This document shows, piece by piece, positions 11,883 to 25,200 of a stretch of DNA of 64,000 bases. A program made the translations under genes and the position numbers. Source of the stretch: Phyllobates terribilis (Eukaryota); assembly GCF_046119375.1 (NCBI RefSeq), contig NW_027362770.1, positions 174,344,001 through 174,408,000 on the forward strand. Reading direction: 5' to 3'. The notes below the pieces were generated by a model. That model had not been told where the DNA came from. It saw nothing but the letters and a program-made list of their open reading frames with translations, and searched no databases. The stretch's first letter is position 1; every line of letters begins with the position of its first letter.

Positions 11883-14800
11883 ATTGTGTGTTCTCCTCGG
11901 TGTCGGCTCTGTGGAATATCCTGACGAATGAATAATAAATTATTGTTCAACTGCACATAGTCTGTTACTAAATTCAGCAGCACATTTTCTATTTATACAG
12001 AACAATGTGCTGTCGAGAAAGATGATTTTTAAACAAGTTTAAAAATTATTTTGCCTATTCCTTGAGTGATTATCACGCTATTTACAGTGGCCGAATTATT
12101 GGTACAAAAAAGAGTATAGAAAGTCATCCTCACCTCCAATAATCGACCAATGCAAATGCACCTTAAAAATGTTATTTTGGTGACAATTATATAATTTGGG
12201 GTGTAACTTAATTAGAGATGAGCAAAAAGATTTAATGAAAATTGAATTCACATTGAATTTTTAGGAATTCACAGAACTCGATGAGTTTGAACAATATTGT
12301 AATGTAATTGTAATATTGTAGCTTTTTTGGGGTGAATCTGGATAGTGAGAGGACATCACAACTCACAGTTTAGTCCTAGAGATAGGGAAATAAAGTCATA
12401 AAACACTGAAGAAACTGAACAGATAGTGTGTGACAGCACAACAGTGAAGAAGAGTGTCTGAAGAAAAGAGAACAATAAAGATTTAAATGAGGAGAGAACT
12501 AGGAGAATCACTGTGTCTGTGAGGCAAAGCCAGGGAGGGACACATAGCTGACAGCTGTTGCTTCCTTGATCAATATAATTATTTTAGTGCACCTGCTGCT
12601 TCCTTGATAAGTTTATTTGTAGTGCATCTTCTGTTTCCTTAATCGGTATAGTTATAGTGCAGCAGCTGCTTCCTTGATCAGTATAGTTATAGTGGAGCTG
12701 CTGCTTCCTTGATCAGTATAGTTATAGAGCAGCAGCTGCTTTCTTGATCAGTATAGTTATAGTGCAGCTTCCAATTCCTTAATCAGTATAGTTATTGTGC
12801 AGGTGCTGCTTCCTTGATCAGTATAGTTATAGTGCATCTGATGATTCCTTGATCAGTATAGTTATAGTGAACCTGTTGATTCCTTCATCAGTATAGTTAT
12901 AGTGCAGCTGCTGCCTCCTTGATCAGTATAGTTATAGTGCAGCTGCTGCCTCCTTGATTAGTATAGTTATAGTGCAGCTGCTGCCTCCTTGATCAGTATA
13001 GTTATAGTGCAGCAGCTGCTTCCCTGATCAGTATAGTTATAGTGCATTTTCTGTTTCCTTGATCAGTATAGTTATAATGCAGCTTTTACTTCCTTGATCA
13101 GTATAGTTATAGTGCAGCTTCCAGTTTCTTGATCAGTATAGTTATTGTGCAGCTGCTGCTTCCTTGATAAGTATATTTGTAGTGCATCTTCTGTTTCCTT
13201 AATCGGTATAGTTATAGTGCAGCAGCTGCTTCCTTGATCAGTATAGTTATAGTGGAGCTGCTGCTTCCTTGAACAGTATAGTTATAGTGCAGCAGCTGCT
13301 TCCTTGATCAGTATAGTTATTGTGCAGCTGCTGCTTCCTTGATCAGTATAGTTATAGTGCAGCTGCTGCTTTCTTGATCAGTATAGTTATAGTACATTTT
13401 CTGTTTCCTTGATCAGTATAGTTATAGTGCAGCTGCTGCCTCCTTGATCAGTATAGTTATTGTGCAGCAGCTGCCTCCTTGATCAGTATAGTTATAGTGC
13501 AGCAGCTGCTTCGTTGATCAGTATAGTTATAGTGCATTTTCTGTTTCCTTGATCAGTATAGTTATAATGCAGCTTTTACTTCCTTGATCAGTATAGTTAT
13601 AGTGCAGCTTCCAGCTCCTTGATCAGCATAGTTATTGTGCAGCTGCTGCTTCCTTGATCAGTATAGTTATAGTGCATCTGATGATTCCTTGATCAGTATA
13701 GTTATAGTACAGCTGCTGATTCCTTGATCAGTATAGTTATAGTGCAGCTGCTGCTTCCTTGACCAGTATAGTTATAGAGCATTTTCTGTTTCCTTGATAG
13801 GTATAGTTATACTGCAGCTGCTGCCTCCTTGATCAGTATGGCTATATTGCAGCTGATGCCTCCTTGATCAGTATAGTTATAGTGCATCTAATGATTCCTT
13901 GATCAGTATAGTTACAGTGTACCTTCTGCTCCTTGATCAATATAGTTATAGTGCATCTGATGATTCCTTGATCAGTATAGTTATAGTGCAGCTGCTGCCT
14001 CCTTGATCAGTATAGTTATAGTGCAGTTGTTGCCTCCTTGATCAGTATAATTATAGTGCATCTGATGATTCCTTTATCAGTATAGTTATAGTGCATTTGA
14101 TGATTCCTTGATCAGTATAGTGATAGTGCAGCTGCTGTTTCCTTGATCAGTATAGTTATAGTGTAGCTGCTGTTTCCTTGATCAGTATAGTTAAAGTGCA
14201 GCTGCTGCCTCCTTGATCAGTATAGTTATAGTGCATCTGATGATTCCTTTATCAGTGAAGTTATAGTGCAACTACCAGTTCCTTGATCAGTATAGTTATA
14301 GTGCATCTGATGATTCCTTGATCAGTATAGTTATAGTGCAGCTGTTGCCTCCTTGATCAGTATAGTTATAGTGCATCTGATGATTACTTAATCATTATAG
14401 TTATAGTGCACCTGCTGCCTCCTTGATCAGTATAGTTATAGTGCAGCTGCTGTTTCATTGAACACTATAGTTAAAGTGCAGCAGCTGATTCCTTGATCAG
14501 TATAGTTATAGTGCAGCTGCTAGTTCCTTGATCAGTATAGTTATGATATATAGTTACAGTGCACCTGCTGCCTCCTTGATCAGTATAGTTATAGGGCAAC
14601 TGCTGCTTCCTTGATCAGTATAGTTATAGTGCACCTGCTGCCTCTTTGATCAGTATAGTTATAGTGCAGCTGCTGTTTCATTGATCAGTATAGTTAAAGT
14701 GCAGCTGCTGATTCCTTGATCATCAGTATAGATATAGTGCAGCTGCTAGTTCCCTGATCAGTACAGTTATAATATATAGTTACAGTGCACCTGCTGCCTC

Positions 14801-17213
14801 CTTGATCAGTATAGTTATAGGGCACCTGCTGCTTCCTTGATCAGTATAGTTATAGTGCGCCTGCTGCCTCTCCGATCAGTATAGTTATAGTGCAGCTACT
14901 GATTCCTTGATCAGTATAGTTATAGTGCAGCTGCTAGATCCTTGATCAGTATACTTATGATACATAGTTACAGTGCACCTGCTGCCTCCTTGATCAGTAT
15001 AGTTATAGTGTAGCTGCTGCTTCCTTGATCACTATAGTTATAGTGCAGCTGCTGCCTCCTTGATCAGTATAGTTATAGTGCAGCTGCTGATTCCTTGATC
15101 AGTATAGTTATAGTGCACCTGCTGCCTCCTTGATCAGTATAGTTATAGTGCAGCTGCTGATTCCTTGATCAGTAAAGTTAAAGTGCAACTGCTGATTCCT
15201 TGATCAGTATAGTTATAGTGCATCTGATGATTCCTTAATCAGAACAGTTATAGTGCACCTTCTGCCTCCTTGATCAGCATAGTTATAGTGCAGCTGCTGA
15301 TTCCTTGATCAGTATAGTTATAGTGCAGCTGCTGCCTTCTTGATCAGTATAGTCATAGTGCAGATGCTGATTCCTTGATCAGTATAGTTATAATGCACCT
15401 GCTGTTTCCTTAATCAGTATAGTTATAGTGCAGCTGCGGCCTCCTTGATCAGTATAGTTATAGTGCAGCTGCTGATTCCTTGATCATTATAGTTAAAGTG
15501 CAGCTGCTGCTTCCTTGATCAGTATAGTTATAGTGCAGCTTCTGCTTCCTTGATCAGTTTAGCTATAGGGCAGCTGTTGCTTCCTTGATCAGTATAGTTA
15601 TAGTGCAGCTGCTAGTTCCTTGATCAGTATAGTGATAGGGCAGCTGCTGTTTACTTGATCAGTATAGTTATAGTGCACATGCTGCTACCTTGATCAGTAT
15701 AGTTAAAGTGCAACTGCTAGCTCCTTGATCAGTATAGTGATAGGGCAGCTGCTGCTTCCTTGATCAGTATAGTGAGAGTGCAGCTGCTAGTTCCTTGATC
15801 AGTATAGTTATAGTGCAGCTGCAGCTTCCTTGATCTGTATACTTATAGTACAGCTGCTGCTTCCTTGATCAGTATAGTTATACTGCACCTGCTGCTTCCT
15901 TGATCAGTATAGTGATAGTGCAGCTGTAAGTTCCTTGATCAGTATAGTGATAGGGCAGCTGCTGCTTCCTTGATCAGTATAGTGATAGTGCAGCTGCTAG
16001 TTCCTTGATCAGTATAGTTATAGTGCAGCTGCTGCTTCCTTGATCAGTATAGTTCTAGTGCAGTTGCTTCTTCCTTGATCAGTACAGTTATAGTGCACCT
16101 GCTGTTTCCTTGATCAGCATAGTTATAGTGCAGCTGCTGCTTCCTTGATCAGTATAGTGATAGTGCAGCTGCTGCTTCGTTGATCAGTATAGTTATAGTG
16201 CAGCTGCTGCTTCCTTGATCAGTATAGTGATAGTGCAGCTGCTGCTTCCTTGATCAGTACAGTGATAGTGCAGCTGCTGCTTCCTTGATCGGTATAGTTA
16301 TAGTGCAGCTGCTGCTTCCTTGATCAGTATAGTTATAGTTCATCTGATGATTCCTTGATCAGTATAGTTATAGTGCATCTGCTGCCTCCTTGATCAGTAT
16401 AGTTATAGTGCAGCTGCTGCTTCCTTGAACAGTATAGTTATTGTGCATCTTCTATTTCCTTGATCAATATAGTTATTGAGCAGCTGCCAGTTCCTTGATC
16501 AGTATAGTTATAGTGCAGCTTTTAGTTCCTTGAACAGTATAGTTATAGTGCATCTTCTGTTTCCTTGATCAGTATAATTATATTGCAGCTTTTAGTTCCT
16601 TGATCAGTATAGTTATAGTGCAGCTTCCAGTTCCTTGATCAGTATAGTTATTGTGCATCTGCTGCTTCCTTGATCAGTATAGTTATACTACAGCTGCTAG
16701 TCCCTTGATAATTGCAGTTATAGTGCAGTTGCTGCCTCCTTGATCAGTATAGTTATATTGCAGCTGCTGTTTGCTTCATAAGTATAATTGTAGTGCATCA
16801 GGTGCTCCCTTGATCAGTATAGTTATAGTGCAGCAGCTGCTTCCTTGATCAGTATAGTTATGGTGCATCTGCTGTTTTTTAATCAGTATAGTTATAGTGC
16901 ATCTGATGATTCCTTGATCAGTATAGTTATAGTGTAGCTGCTGCTTCCTTGATCAGTATAGTTATAGTTTAGCTCCTGCTTCTTTATCAGTATAGTGATA
17001 GTGCAGCTGTTGCTTCCTTGATCAGTATAGTGATAGTGCAGCTGCTACTTCCTTGATCAGTATAGTTATAGTGCAGCTGCTGCTTCCTTGATCTGTATAG
17101 TGATAGTGCAGCTGCTCCTTCCTTGATCAGTATAGTTATAGTGCAGCTGCTGCTTCCTTGATCTGTATAGTGATAGTGCAGCTGCTGCATCCTTGATCAG
17201 TATAGTTATAGTG

Positions 17214-20200
17214 TGTTACGAACATGCCCGGACTGACTGGCGTGAGCATGATTAGTGATCCCACTGGACCATGAACCGAGGAGTGCCTGGAGGGGCGTGA
17301 CTAAGTATCAACTCGGTCCGACCAAGGTCACACTGCGGCTCAGTCAACTTCGAGAACCAGGGAGGAACCGAGCAGAGGGACCAGGTGCTACTCCAGGTCA
17401 GACCCCAGTCACAGCTGTTGACCCACACTGGGGAATGCAGGAACAGACAGGTTAGGCTGGCATACAGACAGGTGGGTACTGGCAGGCACGGCTATTATGC
17501 AGACAGGTGGGTATTGGCAGGCACGGCTGGTATGTAGACAGGTGGGTACTGGCAGGCACGGCTGGCATGCAGACAGTTGGGTACTGGCAGGTAGGAACGC
17601 AGGCAGGATAGGGACCAGTACAGACTGGGATACAGGAACATAGTCGCAGGTGCAGTAGACAAGCAGAGCATAGCAAAACTAGCAGGTGCGGTAGACAAGC
17701 AGAGTAGAGCAAAACCCGCAGGTGCGGTAGACAAGCAGAGCAGAGCAAAACCCGCAGGTGCAGTAGACAAGCAGAGGAGAGCAATACCCGCAGGTGCGGT
17801 AGACAAGCAGAGCAGAGCAAAACCCGCAGGTGCGGTAGAGAAGCAAAGCCGAGCAAAACCCGCAGGTGCGGTAGAAAAGCAGAGCAGAGCAAAACCCGCA
17901 GGTGCGGTAGACAAGCAGAGCAGAGAAAAAGACGCAGATGCGGTAGACAAGCAGAGCAGAGCAAAATTCGCAGGTGCGGTAGACAAGCAGAGCAGAGCAA
18001 AACCCACAGGTGCGGTAGACAAGCAGAGCAGAGCAAAACCCGCAGGTGCGGTAGACAAGCAGAGCAGAGCAAAACCCACAGGTGCGGTAGACAAGCAGAG
18101 TAGAGCAAAACCCGCAGGTGCGGTAAATAGGCAGAGCAGAGCAAAACCCGCAGGTGCGGTAGACAAGCAGAGCAGAGCAAAAGCCGCAGGTGCGGTAGAC
18201 AAGCAGAACAGAGCAAAAGTCCCAGGTGCAGTAGACAAGCAGAGCAGAGCAAAACCCGCAGGTGCGGTAGACAAGCAGAGCAGAGAAAAAGCCGCAGATG
18301 CGGTAGACGAGCAGAGCAAAAGCCGCAGGTGCGGTAGACAAGCAGAGCATAGCAAAACCCGCAGGTGCGGTAGACAAGCAGAGAGAGAAAAACCCGCAGG
18401 TGCGGTAGACAAGCAGAGCAGAGCAAAACCCACAGGTGCGGTAGACAAGCAGAGTAGAGCAAAACCCGCAGGTGCGGTAAATAAGAAGAGCAGAGCAAAA
18501 CCCGCAGGTGCGTTAGACAAGCAGAGCAATAGCCACAGGTGCAGTAGACAAGCAGAGCAGAGCAAAAGCCGCAGGTGCGGTAGACAAGCAGAACAGAGCA
18601 AAAGTCTCAGGTGCAGTAGACAAGCAGAGCAGAGCAAAAGCCGCAGGTGCGGTAGACAAGCAGAGCAGAGCAAAAGCCGCAGGTGCGGTAGACAAGCAGA
18701 GCAGAGCAAAAGCCGCCGGTGCGGTAGACAAGCAGAGCAGAGCAAAACCCGCAGATGCGGTAGACAAGCAAAGCAGAGCAAAACCAGCAGGTGCGCTACA
18801 CAAGCAGAGCAGAGCAAAACCCGCAGGTGCGGTAAACAAGCAGAGCAGAGCAAAAGCCGCAGGTGCAGTAGACAAGCAGAGCAGAGCAAAAGCCGCAGGT
18901 GCGGTAGACAAGCAGAGCAGAGCAAAAGCCGCAGGTGCGGTAGACAAGCAGAGCAGAGCAAAACCCACAGGTGCGGTAGACAAGCAGAGTAGAGCAAAAC
19001 CCGCAGGTGCGGTAAATAAGAAGAGCAGAGCAAAACCCGCAGGTGCGTTAGACAAGCAGAGCAATAGCCACAGGTGCAGTAGACAAGCAGAGCAGAGCAA
19101 AAGCCGCAGGTGCGGTAGACAAGCAGAACAGAGCAAAAGTCTCAGGTGCAGTAGACAAGCAGAGCAGAGCAAAAGCCGCAGGTGCGGTAGACAAGCAGAG
19201 CAGAGCAAAAGCCGCAGGTGCGGTAGACAAGCAGAGCAGAGCAAAAGCCGCCGGTGCGGTAGACAAGCAGAGCAGAGCAAAACCCGCAGATGCGGTAGAC
19301 AAGCAAAGCAGAGCAAAACCAGCAGGTGCGCTACACAAGCAGAGCAGAGCAAAACCCGCAGGTGCGGTAAACAAGCAGAGCAGAGCAAAAGCCGCAGGTG
19401 CGGTAGACAAGCAGAGCAGAGCAAAAGCCGCAGGTGCGGTAGACAAGCAGAGCAGAGCAAAAGCCGCAGGTGCGGTAGACAAGCAGAGCAGAGCAAAAGC
19501 CGCCGGTGCGGTAGACAAGCAGAGCAGAGCAAAACCCGCAGATGCGGTAGACAAGCAAAGCAGAGCAAAACCAGCAGGTGCGCTACACAAGCAGAGCAGA
19601 GCAAAACCCGCAGGTGCGGTAAACAAGCAGAGCAGAGCAAAACCCGAAGGTGCGGCAGACAAGCAGAGCAGAGCAAAACCCGCAGATGCGGTAAATAAGC
19701 AGAGCAGAGCAAATACACACAAGGTACTTACAATGAAGTAGCGAGTGGACACTAAACTCACAAACAGAAGTACAGAGACAACGAGTTGGAGTTAGGTGCA
19801 GGTTCAGACACTGCAGTAAAAGGGAAGATACGGACATAGAGACAAACAAGTAACGGGCTAGGACACTGTTCAGACAGGAACTGAACCAAGAAAAAGATAC
19901 AGGAACAAGCCTGGGAACTCAGCCCCCAGGGTGGCGGAAGAAACTAGAAGTCACAGATACAGGTAACAGGCCTGGGTATACATCCCCCAGGGTGGCGGAA
20001 ACAGACAAGATACAGGACAGGACCTGGCAACTCAGTTGCACAGAACACACTGAATGAAAGTGTTGCTCAGGATACTACTACTAGGTGGAGGGGGTTTAAG
20101 TATCCAGTGACTCACAGCAATAGGCTGGGGACGCATTACGACTATGCACACAGTAACTATAAGAAACAGGCAGTAACCGCACCGCCGCCCTAAGCAATCA

Positions 20201-20328
20201 GACAAGAGACATGCATACAGTAGGTACTGGAGCAAAGTGTGCAGCCTGGATTGATAGGTAAGATAGGTAAGCGGTCTTGCATGGTGGGAGGTGGTAAGCC
20301 ATGCCAGCACGGCGCCAGTGATGTTACA
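17214..20328 (-). mobile_element. Solo LTR, family B copy 2 (3115 bp), inserted in the 35-bp satellite
   Basis: TGTTACG...TGTTACA on plus (reverse complement of the B1 termini), with a 5-bp TSD TAGTG at 17209-17213 and 20329-20333. Confidence 0.88.
17645..19710. repeat. 36-bp minisatellite in LTR B2 (~55 units) with a 535-bp internal duplication
   Basis: Unit GCAGGTGCGGTAGACAAGCAGAGCAGAGCAAAACCC; the rare variant GCGTTAGACAAGCAGAGCAATAGCCACAGG occurs at ~18511 and ~19046 (offset 535). Confidence 0.9.
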
Positions 20329-21852
20329 TAGTGAATCTGCTGTTTTCTTGATCAGTATAGTTATATTGCGGCTGCTGTTTGCTTCATAAGTATGATTGTA
20401 GTGCATTAGGTGCTTCCTTGATCAGTATAGTTATAGTGCAGCTGCAGCTTCCTTGATCAGTATAGTTATAGTGCAGCTGCTGCCTCAGTGATCAGTATAG
20501 TTATAGTGCAGCTGCTGCCTTCTTGATCAGTAAAGTTATAGTGCATCTGCTGATTCCTTGATCAGCATAGTTATAGTACAGCTGTTGCTTCCTTGATCAG
20601 TATAGTTATAGTGCATCTGATGATTCCTTGATCAGAATAGTTATAGTGCAGCTACTGCTTCCTTGATGAGTATAGTTATAGTGCATCTTCTATTTCCATG
20701 ATCAGCATAGTTATTGTGCAGCAGCCAGTTCCTTGATCAGTATAGTTATAGTGCAGCTTTTAGTTCCGTGAACAGTATAGTTATAGTGCATCTTCTGCTT
20801 CCTTGATCAGTATAGTTATAGTGCATCTTCTATTTCCTTGATAAGTATAGTTATTTTGCAGCTGCTGCTTCCTTGATCAGTATAGTTATAGTGCAGCTTT
20901 TAGTTCCTAGATCAGTATAGTTATAGTGCAGCTTCCAATTCCTTGATCAGTATAGTTGTAGAGCAGCTGCTGCTTCCTTGATCAGTATAGTTATAGTGCA
21001 TCTTCTATTTCCTTGATCAGTATAGTTATTTTGCAGCTGCTGCTTCCTTGATCAGTATAGTTATAGTGCAGCTTTCAGTTCCTTGATCAGTATAGTTATA
21101 GTGCAGCTTCCAGTTCCTTGATCAGTATAGTTATTGTGCAGCTGCTGCTTCCTTGATCAGCATAGTTATAGTGCAGTTGCTGCCTCCTTGATCAGTATAG
21201 TTATAGTGCATATGCTGTTTTCTTGATCAGTATAGTTATATTGCAGTTGCTGTCTCCTTCATAAGTATAATTGTAGTGCACCAGGTGCTTCCTTGATCAG
21301 TATAGTTAAAGTGCAGCTGCTGCTTCCTTGATCGGTATAGTTTATAGAGCATCTTCTGCTTCGTTGATCGGTATAGTTTATAGAGCATCTTCTACTTCCT
21401 TGATCAGTATAGTTATGGTGCATATACTGTTTTATTTAATCAGTATAGTTATAGTGCGGTTGCTGCCATCTTGATCAGTATAGTTATAGTGCAGCTGCTG
21501 ACTTCTTGATCAGTATAGATATAGTGCATCTGATGATTCCTTGATCAGTATAGTTATAGTGCAGCTGCTGCTTCCTTGATCAGCATAGTTATAGTGCACC
21601 TGCTGCTTCCTTGATCAGCATAGTTATAGTGCATCTGTTGCTTACTTGATCAGTATAGTTATAGTGTAGCTGCTGATTCTTGATCAGTATAGTGATAGTG
21701 CAGCTGCTGCTTCCTTGATCAGTATAGTTATAGTGTAGCTGCTGCTTCTTGATCAGTATAGTGATAGTGCAGCTGCTGCTTCCTTGATCAGTATAGTGAT
21801 AGTGCAGCTGCTGCTTCCTTTAAAAGTATAGTCATAGTGCAGCTGCTGTTTC

Positions 21853-22273
21853 TGTTATGTTCTGCTACCAAAGCTAAGGAAAGAGAGGAGATCTGTCCCT
21901 ACTATAGGACTCAGCTGAATCCCTACGATGTAACAGGGAACCTGATCCTGCGATCAGACCTGCTAAAGTCCTAATCTAGTCTGTACGGAGACCTATAGAT
22001 GTGGGGAGGGAATCCCTACAAGTACTAAGGACTGGGAGGAATATGGGACACCTCCTAACAGAAATAGTAGCAGACAGACGAACAAACAAAATAGATAGAA
22101 CATAGAGGTCCGTAGACCAAGCAAACAAACAGAGCTAGATACAGAGCACAGGCTAGCTAGAAAGTAGATATACAATGAAGTCCAGCAAAGCCAGAAGGGC
22201 GGAGCAGGATTAAATAGGCCAACAAGGTCATGTGACCAGCAAAGGAAAAAAACCTAACAGCAAGGTTCTAACA
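21853..22273. mobile_element. Solo LTR, family A copy 2 (421 bp), inserted in the 35-bp satellite
   Basis: TGTTATG...TTCTAACA termini and a 5-bp TSD GTTTC at 21848-21852 and 22274-22278; same orientation as, and clearly homologous to, 5621-6042. Confidence 0.88.
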
Positions 22274-25200
22274 GTTTCCTTGATCAGTATAGTTATAGTG
22301 CAGCTGCTTCTTCCTTGATCAGTATAGTTATAGTGCAGCTGCTGCTTCCTTGATCAGAATAGTTATAGTGCATCTGCTGCTACCTTGATCAGTATAGTGA
22401 TAGTGTAGCTGCTTATTCCTTGATCAGTATAGTTATAGTGTAGCTGCTGCTTCCTATACAAAGTATAATTATAGTGTAGCTGCTGCTTCTTGATCAGTAT
22501 AGTGATAGTGCAGATGCTGCTTCCTTGATCAATATAGTGATAGTGCAGCTGCTGCTTCCTTGATAAGTAAAGTTATAGTGTAGCTGCTGCTTCTTGATCA
22601 GTATATTGATAGTGCAGCTCCTGCTTCCTTGACCAGTATAGTGATAGTGCAGATGCTGCTTCCTTGATCAGTATAGTTATAGTGCAGCTGTAGCTTCCTT
22701 GATCAGTATAGATATAGTACAGCTGCTGCTTCCTTGATCAGTATAGTTATAGTGCAGCTGCTAGTTCCTTGATCAGTAAAGTGATAAGGCAGCTGCTGTT
22801 TCCTTGATCAGTATAGTTATAGTGCAGCTGCTGCTTCCTTGATCAGTATAGTGATAGTGCAGCTGCTGCTTCCTTGATCTGTATAGTCATAGTGCAGCTG
22901 CTGTTTCCTTGATCAGTATAGTAATAGTGGAGCTGCTGTTTCCTTGATCAGTATAGTTATAGTGCAGCTGCTTCTTCCTTGATCAGTATAGTGATAGTGC
23001 AGCTGCTGCTTCCTTGATCATTATAGTTGTAGCGCACCTGCTGCTTCCTTGATCAGAATAGTGACAGTGCAGCTGCTGTATCCTTGATCAGTATAGTTAT
23101 AGTGCAGCTGCTGCCTCCTTGATAAGTATAGTTATAGTTCAGCTGCTAGTTCCTTGATTAGTATCGTTATAGTGCAACTGCTGCCTCCTTGATAAGTATA
23201 GTTATATTTCAGCTGCTAGATCCTTGATTAGTATAGTTATAGTGCAGCTGCTGCTTCCTTGATCAGTATAGTTATAGTTCAGCTGCTAGTTCCATGATTA
23301 GTATAGTTATAGTGCAGTTGCTAGTTCCTTGATCAGTATAGGTATAGTGCAGCTGCTAGTTCCTTGATCAGTATAGTTATAATGCAGCTGCTGCTTCCTT
23401 GATCAGTTTAACTATAGGGCAGCTGCTGTTTCCTTGATCAGTATAGTTATAGTGCACCTGCTGCTTCCTTGATGAGTATAGTGATAGTGCAGCTGCTAGT
23501 TCCTTGATCAGTATAGTTATAGTGCAGCTGTAGCTTCCTTGATCAGTATAGATATAGTACAGCTGCTGCTTCCTTGATCAGTATAGTTATAGTGCAGCTG
23601 CTAGTTCCTTGATCAGTAAAGTGATAAGGCAGCTGCTGTTTCCTTGATCAGTATAGTTATAGTGCACCTGCTGCTTCCTTGATCAGTATAGTGATAGTGC
23701 AGATATTAGTTCCTTGATCAGTATAGTTATAGTGCACCTACAGCTTCCTTGATCACTATAGTTATAGTACATCTGCTGCTTCCTTGATCAGTATAGTTAA
23801 AGTGCAGCTGCTGCTTCCTTGATCGGTATAGTTTATAGAGCATCTTCTGTTTCCTTGATCGGTATAGTTTATAGAGCATCTTCTACTTCCTTGATCAGTA
23901 TAGTTATGTTGCATCTACTGTTTTATTTAATCAGTATAGTTATAGTGCGGTTGCTGCGATCTTGATCAGTATAGTTATAGTGCAGCTGCTGACTTCTTGA
24001 TCAGTATAGATATAGTGCATCTGATGATTCCTTGATCAGTATAGTTATAGTGCAGCGGCTGCTTCCTTGATCAGTATAGTTATAGTGCACCTGCTGCTTC
24101 CTTGATCAGTATAGTTATAGGTCATCTGTTGCTTCCTTGATCAGTATAGTTATAGTGTAGCTTCTTCTTCCTTGATCAGTATAGTTATAGTTTAGCTGCT
24201 GCTTCCTTGATCAGTATAGTTATAGTGTAGCTGCTGCTTTTTGATCAGTATAGTGATAGTGCAGCTGCTGCTTCCTTGATCAGTATAGCGATAGTGCAGG
24301 TGCTGCTTCCTTGATCAGTATAGTTATAGTGTAGCTGCTGCTTCTTGATCAGTATAGTGATAGTGCAGCTGCTGCTTCCTTGATCAGTATAGTGATAGTG
24401 CAGCTGCTGCTTCCTTTATCAGTATAGTCATAGTGCAGCTGCTGTTTCCTTGATCAGTATAGTTATATTGCAGCTGCTTCTTCCTTGATCAGTATAGTTA
24501 TAGTGCAGCTGCTGCTTCCTTGATCAGAATAGTTATAGTGCATCTGCTGCTACCTTGATCAGTATAGTTATAGTGTAGCTGCTTCTTCCTTGATCACTAT
24601 AGTTGTAGTGTAGCTGCTGCTTCCTATACAAACTATAATTATAGTGTAGCTGCTGCTTCTTGATCAGTATAGTCATAGTGCAGATGCTGCTTCCTTGATC
24701 AATATAGTGATAGTGCAGCTGCTGCTTCTTGATCAGTAAAGTTATAGTGCAGCTGCTGCTTCCTTCATTAGTATAGTGATAGTGCAGCTGCTGCTTCCTG
24801 AATCAGTATAGTGATAGTGCAGCTGCTGCTTCCTTGATCAGTATAGTTATAGTGCAGCTGCTGCTTCCTTGATCAGTATAGTGATAGTGCAGCTGCTGCT
24901 TCCTTGATCAGTATAGTCACAGTGCAGCTGCTGTTTGCTTGATCAGTATAGTAATAGTGCAGCTGCTGTTTGCTTGATCAGTATAGTTATAGTGCAGCTG
25001 CTTCTTCCTTGATCAGTATAGTGATAGTGTAGCTGCTAGTTCCTTGATCAGTATAGTTATAGTGCAGCTGCTGCTTCCTTGATCAGTCTAGTTATAGTGC
25101 ATCTGATGATTCCTTGATCAGCATAGTTATAGTGCAGCTGCAGCTTCCTTGATCAGTATAGTTATACAGCAGCTGCAGCTTCCTTGATCACTATAGTTAT

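Noticed and set aside
17452-19761. Long Cys/Leu/Ala-rich ORFs of 232-512 aa
   Set aside because: A 36-bp unit gives stop-free 12-aa repeats in several frames; they lie inside a TSD-flanked solo LTR, and the homologous B1 array has a 35-bp unit that does not keep frame.
8258-20328. B1 and B2 as long terminal inverted repeats of one giant DNA transposon
   Set aside because: Each has TG...CA ends and an independent TSD (CTAAT vs TAGTG).
5621-22273. A1 and A2 as the two LTRs of one 16.6-kb retrotransposon
   Set aside because: Each has its own different 5-bp TSD, they are visibly diverged, and no gag/pol or PBS/PPT lies between them.
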